This document shows positions 54,844-64,000 of a DNA stretch of 64,000 bases, piece after piece; within the stretch, counting starts at the first letter, position 1; each line of letters begins with the position of its first letter. This DNA is from Eledone cirrhosa (taxonomy: Eukaryota). The stretch lies in the NCBI GenBank assembly GCA_964016885.1, contig OZ024742.1, forward strand, positions 343,170,001 to 343,234,000, given 5' to 3'. The translations under genes were made by a program, and so were the position numbers. The notes under the pieces were generated by a model, which was not told the origin of the DNA, did not search any database, and saw nothing but the letters and a program-made list of their open reading frames with translations.

Positions 54844-54941
54844 CAGCGTGTGTCCCCCAAAATGTATACACTCTTTAACAGCATTCTAATAAATATTACC
54901 TGTGCAGGTAAAATGTGCATACATTTTTTTGAGACACGCTG
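54844..54941. mobile_element. Small Tc1/mariner-like MITE
   Basis: TA-cagcgtgt..aaaatgtat / atacatttt..acacgctg inverted ends. Confidence 0.5.
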
Positions 54942-55194
54942 TGTATATATATACATATATATATATACATATATATATATATACATATAGACACACACAC
55001 ACATCATCATCATCATCACCGTTTTACGTCCGTTCTTCCACGCTAGCATGGGTTAGACGGGTTGTCCTGTTGTGGGCAGTGTCTGGTCGGCTGACCATGC
55101 CTTGCTCATACAGGAACTGATCTGGCTTGATTTCTACAGCTGGATGCCCTTCCTAACACCAACCTCATTTACAGTGAGTGCTGGGTGCTTTTAT

Positions 55195-56950
55195 CATCAT
55201 CATCATCATCATCATCAACGTTTAACGTCCGTGTTTCACGCTTGCATGGGTTTGGACGGGGGTAGTCCCACTTGAGGCAAGAGTGATTGTCTTGCTCGCA
55301 TAGGACTGTCTGGCAGGTTTTCTACAGTTGGATGCCCTTCCTAACACCAACCACATTTACAGTGTGGGTCTGGGAGGTTTTTACCGTGTTGCCTACACGG
55401 CCACATTACAGCGTGGACTGTGTGTTTTTTTTGTCGTGACACCTACACGATCTCATTTGTTTCGGCCTGGATGGCGCGGCACCAACATAACTTTACATAG
55501 AACGGGGTGGTGTGGATGGGGTGGGGGTGGTGGCGGGACGGGGTGTAGTTTGTTAGAGATGCCTACTGGCAAGGCGGGTCTTCTCTGTTACTGAGTACCG
55601 CCAAAGGTCACGGTCCAGTGACATTGTCTTGGAGAGGTGTAAGTGTGTGAGGTCGGAGTTTATCAGCTCATCCCATGTTTTTCTAGGTCTGCCTATTCCG
55701 TGGCTACCGTCTATCTTTATTGCCCTGCACTTTGTAATACAGCTATCGACTTTCATGCGCATCATGTGTCCATACCAACGCAGCCTTCTCTCGAGTAAAC
55801 AACATCTGATCCCTCTTATCTCTAATTTTTTCCTTAGTTCGTTTATGCTTTGCCGTTCACGTATATTACTGTTACACATCCAGCGGAGCATGCAAGCTTC
55901 GTTCCTCTCTAGTCTGCGTATATCCTCTGCACACAATGCCCAGGTCTCACTACCATGCAACATTGCTGTTCGTATGCAGGCATCGTACAACCTGCCTTTC
56001 ATTTTTAGGGAGAACCCTTTAGCAGCTAATAGTGGTATAAGCTCTCTGAACTTTTTCCAACCAGTTCTGACTCTAGCTACAGTACTTTCAGAGCACCCTC
56101 CCCCACTGCTGATTTTATCGCCCAGGTAACGGAAGCTGTCCACTATTTCTATAGAACCCTCTGCGCAATTGAAAGAGCTAGTATTTTGTGGGCACTTGCT
56201 GCTACTTATTGCACCAGAACACCGGCCACATGTAAAGTCTATGTTCTTAGTTAGCTTACCTGTGATCCCACTACATCTTTTATGCACCCATACTTTGCAT
56301 TTAGGACATAAGATGGAGTTTCTACCTACGCCTTTCCTACATACCGAGCACGACCATTTCCCAGAAGGGACCGCCGCCTTGTTTTCTTTCCTACAAACTA
56401 GAACTTTGGTCTTAGCCAGGTTAATTTTAAGTCCTTTTGACTCTAGGCCGTGCTTCCATGTTTGGAATTTCTTCTCTAGCTCGGCCATTGATTCCGCTAT
56501 GAGTGTCAGGTCGTCTGCGTATAGGAGTTCCCATGGGCAGCCTGTCTTGAACTCCTCTGTTATAGCCTGAAGGGCAATAATAAATAGTAGGGGGCTGAGA
56601 ACAGAGCCCTGATGGACGCCAACTTTTACGCTAAACTCTTCACTATATTCGTTGTTAATTCTAACCTTGCTGACTGTTTCTTTATACATGGCTTGTATAG
56701 CCCTCACAAGCCATTCGTCAACGCCTAGTTTTCTAAGAGGCCACCAGATAATGGAGCGGGGGACTCTGTCGAAGGCTTTCTCCAGGTCGACAAAAGCTAA
56801 GTAGAGGGGTTTACCTTTAGCTAGGTACTTCTCCTGTAGTTGTCGTACTATGAAAAGAGCGTCTGTGGTGCTTTTGCCTGACACAAACCCGAACTGCATT
56901 TCATCTAGATCAATTCTCTCTCTGATTAGTTGCGCTATTACTTTTTCCAT
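55195..56950 (-). mobile_element. 5'-truncated RTE LINE with open RT frame
   Basis: About 465 codons open: QFGF..FVDLEKAFD..HQGSVLSP..YADD..C-terminus; (GAT)n tail. Confidence 0.92.
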
Positions 56951-57619
56951 ATATATATATATATACAGACACATTTATATAAACCTATTCTTCTCATAAA
57001 CCTATTCTTCTCATAAACCTATTCTTCTCATATACAAATATTTTAAATATATTTGTTACTTCAAACTCTTAACAATATTTTAAATATATTTGTTATTATT
57101 TCAAACTCTTAATTCCCGCTCCTTAATATCTTCTCCCCTCCACCACACTCTACAACATGCGGTCAAATCATCCCCCCCCCCCTCTCTCTCTCTACCCATA
57201 TACATATATAAGACAAAGTAATTCACTTTCGCCAAATCTGTGGCTGAATTTCATTCATGGGATAATGTAATGTACTCATTTTTCTACCTTTTCTAACATC
57301 CGCCTAATTCCATAGTCCTTCCAATAGCCTTTTTAGTCCTTCCAATAGCATTTTTTCTATCCTCTTTCCAATTCTTGTTTCACTAGCCATCCATCCATCC
57401 TATTTCCTCCTGTATTTTCCAAAACAAATCTCTTGTATTTTTGTCATGCTTGTAAAATACGGAAGTTTTTGGCGTATTTTACTAAACAAATCTTGTATTT
57501 TTGTTTACGTTCGTTAAATACGGGGATCTCACTTAAACCTATTCTTCTCGTTAACAACTCAACACCCCTCCCTCCCGCCCCCACGCACCACCATTATTAT
57601 TACGTGGACCAATCATAAG

Positions 57620-60600
57620 CCAGAGGCCTATACTATCGCTTACCTGGTCGCCTTCGATATGTAGGATGGAAGGACTACGGAGTTCCGGAGAGTTGAAGAG
57701 AGAAAAATCTGGACGCTCAGCGACAATGCCAAAGTTAAAGACAAACACACCTCGTGGACGAGAATGCGAGCATGCCTCTTTGTTTCGGCCGCGGATGGCT
57801 AACATAACCCCATCCCCCCCCCGCTCCCCACCTTTCCCACCCCCCAAACGCAATCCAAAACTTCAGATTTGGTACCTTGAATGTAGGCACCTTAAAGGGT
57901 CGCTCTAACGAGGTTGTAGAAATGCTTGAACGTAAGGAGGTCGATGTTTGTTGTATTCAAGAGACCAGGTGGAGGGGTGGATCTGCTAGATTCATTGTGG
58001 GTAGAAAACGATGCTATAAGCTTTTCTGGGTGGGAAACAACAATGGGCTGGGTGGAGTAGGAATCATGGTAGCAGAAAAGTGGGCAGATAAGATAATAGA
58101 CGTAAATAGAGTGAACGACAGAATAATTAAAATAAGACTTGTCCTCAATAGAACTACGGTGACAGTAATATCTGCGTACGCACCCCAATCCGGACTGCCC
58201 AGCACTATAAAAGACAGATTCTATGAGACACTGATGCTCACTACCTCCCAAATAACCGACAGTGACTAACTTCAAAAAACGCTAACTTCAAAAAACGAGA
58301 CAATCACTTGATCACCTACAGATCAGGGGAACATACCAGCCAGGTAGATTATATCCTTACCAGAAGACGTGACAAAGTGACTGTCGTAAACACTAAATCC
58401 CTCCCCCATGAAGAATGCACCTCCCAACATAGACTGATAATTAGCGACCTAATAGTCAGGACGAGACGTACTAGACAACAGAAGAGGACTATCCTCAGGA
58501 GAAAAATATGGAAGCTAAAGGACCCCACAGCCAAAAATAAATTCCAAAGCATATTACTTGATGCTTTCGACAGTAAGGAAGAGACGTACAAGGTAGAGGA
58601 ACAGTGGGAATTCCTGAAAGCAAACCTGCTGACGGCGGCAGACGAAGTCTGTGGCTGGAGCAGGCCTGTAGGCAGGAGGAGAGTAACATGGTGGTGGAAC
58701 AGTAAGGTGGAGGGGTCAATTAAGGCCAAAAAGCAGGCTTGGAAAGTATGGCGGGATGGGGGAAGCAGAGAAGACTATCAAGTGGCCAGGAGGGAAGCTA
58801 GGAGACAAGTGTACTTCGCAAGAAGGGAAGCAGAGGAAAGAAAGTTCAAGCATGTTCTACAACGTGAGGACCAAAAACGTGAGGTGTTCAGGATTGCTAG
58901 GCAATGTGTCAAGGAAAACAGTGATATTGTCGGGGAGAAGTGTGTACTTAACGATGACGGCGTACTTGCCATCACCGACGCCGATAAGAAGGTAGCTTGG
59001 AAGTGTCACTATGAAAGGCTACTAAATGAGGAGAATAAATGGGAGAAAGACAGTCTCCCCCACATCGACCCAGTAGAGGGACCAGCAGTGTTAGTCGAGG
59101 GTAGTATAATAAGTAAGGCAATCAAAGATATGAAGACAGGCAGGGCGGCTGGGCCTTCGGAAATAGTTGCCGAGATGCTGAAGGCATCTGGTACGGTGGG
59201 ACACACCATGGTCACCCGGATAGTCAACCAAGTCATACAGAATGGGGTTGTTCCGAAGGACTGGCGTAGCAGCATCATCGTTAACTGTTATAAGGGTAAA
59301 GGAGATGCCCTAGATAGGAGTAACTATAGAGGCATTAAATTAATCGACCAGGTCATGAAGGTCACGGAAAAAGTAATAACGCAACTAATCAGAGAGCGAA
59401 TTGATCTAGATGAAATGCAGTTCGGGTTTGTGTCAGGAAAAAGTACCACAGACGCTCTTTTCATTGTACGACAACTACAGGAGAAGTACCTAGCTAAAAG
59501 TAAACCCCTATACTTAGCTTTTGTCGACAGATGATCTAACGCTCATAGCTGAATCAATGACTGAACTAGAGAAGAAATTCCAAACATGGAAGCACGGCCT
59601 AGAATCAAAAGGCCTTAAAATTAACCTGGCTAAGACTAAAGTTCTAGTTTGTAAGAAAGAAAATAAGGCGGCGGTCCCCTCCGGGAAGTGGCCATGCGCA
59701 GGGTGTAGGAAAGGCGTAGGTAGAAATTCCATTTTGTGTCCCAAATGCAAAGTTTGGGTGCATAAAAGATGTAGTAGGATCACAGGTAAGCTAACTAAGA
59801 ACTTAGATTTTACATGTGGGCGGTGCTCTGGTGCAATAAGTAGCAGCAAGTCCTCACAAAATACTAGCTCTTTCAACTGCGCAGAGGGTTCTATAGAAAT
59901 AGTGGACAGCTTCCGTTACCTGGGTGACAAAATCAGCAGTGGGGGAGGGTGCTCTGAAAGTACAGTAGCTAGAGTCAGAACTGGGTGGAAAAAGTTCAGA
60001 GAGCTTATACCACTATTAGCCGCTAAAGGGTTCTCCCTAAAAATGAAAGGCAGGTTGTACGATGCCTGCATACGAACAGCAATGTTGCATGGCAGTGAGA
60101 CCTGGGCATTGTGTGCAGAGGATATACGCAGACTAGAGAGAAACGAAGCTTGCATGCTCCGCTGGATGTGTAATAGTAATATACGTGAATGACAAAGCAT
60201 AAACGAACTAAGGAAAAAATTAGAAATAAGAGGGATCAGATGTTGTTTACTAGAGAGAAGGCTACGTTGGTATGGTCACGTGATGCGCATGAAGGACGAT
60301 AGCTGTATAACAAAGTGCAGGGCAATAAAGATAGACGGTAGCCACGGAATAGGCAGACCCAGAAAAACCTGGGACGAGCTGATAAACTCCGACCTCACAC
60401 ACTTACACCTCACCAAGACAATGTCACTGGACCGAGACCTTTGGCGGTACTCAGTAATAGAGAAGACCCGCCTTACCTAAATACAAAGTAAAACCTACTA
60501 CAGTCAGTAGGCATCTCTAACAAAATACACCCCCGTCCCACCCCATCCACACCGCCCCCTTCTATGTAAAGTTATGTTGGTGCCACACCATCCAGGCCGA

Positions 60601-60843
60601 AACAAATGAGATCGTGTAGGTGTCACGACAAAAAAACACACAGTCCACGCTGTAATGTGGCCGTGTAGGCAACACGGTAAAAACCTCCCAGACCCACACT
60701 GTAAATGTGGTTGGTGTTAGGAAGAGCATCCAACTGTAGAAAACCTGCCAGACAGTCCTATGCGAGCAAGATAATCACTCTTGCCTCAAGTGGGAAAACC
60801 CCCGTCCAAACCCATGCAAGCGTGGAACACGGACGTTAAACGT

Positions 60844-60872
<29 letters not shown>
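57620..60872 (+). mobile_element. Near full-length RTE LINE with two internal deletions (end of APE near 58266, RT core near 59528)
   Basis: NVGTLKG..CIQETRW..SAYAPQ, then KTGRAAGPS..YRGIKL..AFVD joined directly to DDLTLIAES. Premature stop at 60190. Confidence 0.92.
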
Positions 60873-60874
<2 letters not shown>

Positions 60875-61119
60875 ATATACGCACACACACATATACATAT
60901 GATGATAATAACCTCTCTCTTTCTCTCTCTCTCTCGCTCTCTATATATATATATAGTCTGGCATTCCACATATAAAGCACTTCAAGGTTTCTGTGACCTA
61001 CCAACCTACCAGCCAGCCACTATGACGTCAATGGCTTTATTTTAAAAGTGATAGTGAGGGGGGGGGGGGGCTCATAATAGGAGAGAGAGAAAAACATGGC
61101 AGACACTCCTGGCTATTCT

Positions 61120-61945
61120 CACCACCACCACCATCATTCCTACTACTTCCAATACTACCACTATCACCAATACCACCACCACCAATACTGCCATCACTAC
61201 TACCAATACCATCAACACCACCACCAGCATTATTCCTACTATTACCGTCACCACTACTACCATCACCACCACTACAACCATCACCATTGCAACCACCACT
61301 ACCACCACACCAACACCACTACCACCACAACCTCGACCATCCTTACTACCACGACCATCACCACCATCACCATCACCACCATCACTACCGCCATCACCAT
61401 CACTACTGCCATCACCATCATCACCACCATCACCACCACCATCACCACCACTATCACCACCACTACTGCCACCACCATCACCACCACTACCACCACCATC
61501 ACCACAACTACCACCATCACCTCTACCACTATCACTACCACCAGCACCACCACTACCACCACCACCACCACCATCACCATCACCACCACTACCACCACTA
61601 CCAGCACCACTACCACCACCACCACTACCACCACCACCACCACCACCATCATCACCACTATCACTATCACCACAACCACCACCACCACCACCATCACCAT
61701 CATCACCACTATCACTATCACCATAACCACCACCATCACCACCACCATCACCTCTACCACTACCATCACCACCACCGCCACCAACACCATCACCTCTACC
61801 ACTACCACCATCACCACCACCATCACCACTACCACTATCACCACCACTACCATCACCACTACCACTATCACCACCACTACTACCACCACCATCACCACCA
61901 CCACCACCGCCACCAACACCACTATCAACCCCACCACCACCAATC
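61120..61945. repeat. Degenerate (ACC/ATC/ACT)n trinucleotide tract
   Basis: Directly visible; gives poly-T/H/V ORFs in several frames. Confidence 0.9.
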
Positions 61946-62841
61946 TAACGTCTGTGGTTATTTTCTCACCAGAAATACCTCTCTAACAATATTCAAAGTA
62001 AAGTTAATATCAGTTATATTCACTTTGTTTCTCCTTTGTTGCAACTCTTCTGGCATCACCTCTTGCTCAAAGTCTGAAATACATTTCTCTTGCTTTATGG
62101 TTTTAGTCTTCTTCTTCGCCCACTTACCACATCTTCCTGTGAGAGTTTTGAGGGAATAGTCCTCAAAGGCTAGGCAGAACAAAATTTGTAACAGGACTGG
62201 CCCCTTGAATTACAGGTCCAACTCATTTTTGCTAGCTGAATAAATTGGAGTTTCTTCTTCTTCACCCACTTATTCCTTAATAATGAGGGAGTTATTCTCT
62301 CTTCTTTTCACCTTTGCCCACTTATCCCTGACAATATCTTCTTCTTCGCCCACTTATTTTTGAGAGGGTTGTGGGGACAGAGTCCTCAAACACTCCTTCC
62401 AGTGGAATCTGTCAGAAGCAACCATCTCCAATTGATCCGGCTGGATCCCTAAGCAACACCAGCCAAGCTCATAGATGTTATCCAACCATCTTACTCGGGG
62501 TCTACCCCTGGGTCTCCTGCCAGCTGGTTTTGCCTGTAAAATCTGTCCAGCGATTCTTTCCTGGTATCAAATAGGTAAAAACTATAAGTATGCCGAGAAA
62601 GATACTAAAGTAGAAGAATCTTGGATAATTTCCAAAAATATAAACTCTGTTGTGTAATGGAGTTGCTGGAATAAGGTAAAGTTAGCTGTTTGGTGGTGCA
62701 GAAACTGGGGGAAAATCTTGAAAGTTATAAAAATTCCTGCTTTCGTTATCTAGATATGAACAACACATGTACATGTCTGTGTGTATATATATATATATAT
62801 TATGTATAATCTGTGCTAAGAATAAAAACTTGCTCTACGGT

Positions 62842-62873
<32 letters not shown>

Positions 62874-62957
62874 CACACACACAAACACACGTGTGTGTGT
62901 GTAACTGACCAACACTTGCTTGCAAGGAAAGTCACTTAAGTGATGTTGATGATTATA

Positions 62958-63027
<70 letters not shown>

Positions 63028-64000
63028 TAAATATGAGCGTTATTGATCTAATTAGACTACTAATCCTCAGCAAACACCCTAAGCCGCATGCTAACCTGTA
63101 CCTATGATTCCTGCCAAACAAAGGATACTTAAATATATATATATATATAAGAGAGAGAGAAACATAGATATTGTATATATATATACACAACGTGTGAGTT
63201 ATGTTAACTTACAATGACACTGTTGTGTTCTCTTTAATGGAATCTATTGCTAGCAGCACCAGTTTATCTCAAACAGCCATTGTTGCTGCTGGAATTGCTA
63301 CTACATATAGATATAAGCGTGCGTGGTCCTGTAAATCCTGATGGAGTCCTAGGGGCGCCTTATCGACATTTCTAGGACAAATTTTAAACTTGGCGGAGCT
63401 CATCTTATCCCAAGGACTGAATACAGCAGATTTCTTCAAGAGAAAGATAGAGAGTGAGAGAAAGTAAGAAAGAGATATAGAGGAAGAATTGATCCCAGTA
63501 CTAGACTGGTACTATATTTGTGTGTATATATAGACCCGTAACTCCTGAGGGTGTTGTAGTGGTGCCATATTGACATACACCATTTCTAGGGCATTTTAAA
63601 ACTTGGCGCAGCCCATCTCCTCCGAGTTTGAATATAGTAGATTTCTTCTAGAGAGGAGTGAAGAGTGAGAGAAAGTAAGAAAGAGATATAGAGGAAGAAT
63701 TGACCTCAGTACAAGACTGGTACATTTTTTTTATTGACCTCGAAACGATGAAAGGCACAGTTGACCTGAACAAGATTTGAATTCAGAAAGTAGAAATGAA
63801 TATTGCAGTGCATTCTATCTGATGCTGTAATGGCTCGAATTCACCACCTTCAATGATATAAAATGATATAAAATTACCTTCTTTTAAAGTGTTCATACCT
63901 ATATTAGAACCAACCATCATAATTTGACCTAAGAAATATTTGTTATATAATGTTCAAAACATCAGTTTGCTAATGAAAAAGTCAGATATTTTACTAAATT

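Noticed and set aside
61096-62159. Thr-rich (mucin-like) and His-rich ORFs
   Set aside because: Products of a degenerate trinucleotide tract open in several frames on both strands; no signal peptide or domain.

Overview
AT-rich, microsatellite-dense eukaryotic DNA. The SINE/RTE repertoire suggests an octopus-like cephalopod (inference). The only clear host gene is the large first coding exon of a KLHL10-like BTB-BACK-Kelch gene (minus strand, 1207-2458), with a perfect CRE palindrome about 100 bp upstream. The rest is mostly mobile DNA: tRNA-derived SINEs, RTE, CR1, Tx1-like and CRE-like non-LTR fragments, a young non-autonomous LTR element plus a solo LTR, MITEs and a U6 pseudogene. The unexpected signal is RNA structure. 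(1) About a dozen minimal type-I hammerhead ribozyme motifs from several unrelated sequence families sit in short elements inserted in (TA)n tracts. They often form fold-back palindromes, as expected for Penelope-like or retrozyme elements. (2) A 494-bp tandem array (7+ units, 18241-21784) and two adjacent diverged relatives carry all hammerhead core elements in a non-circularly permuted (pseudoknotted) order. Stems I and III covary and the 16-nt and 23-nt spacings are identical across families. All structures were read by eye; none has been folded computationally or tested.
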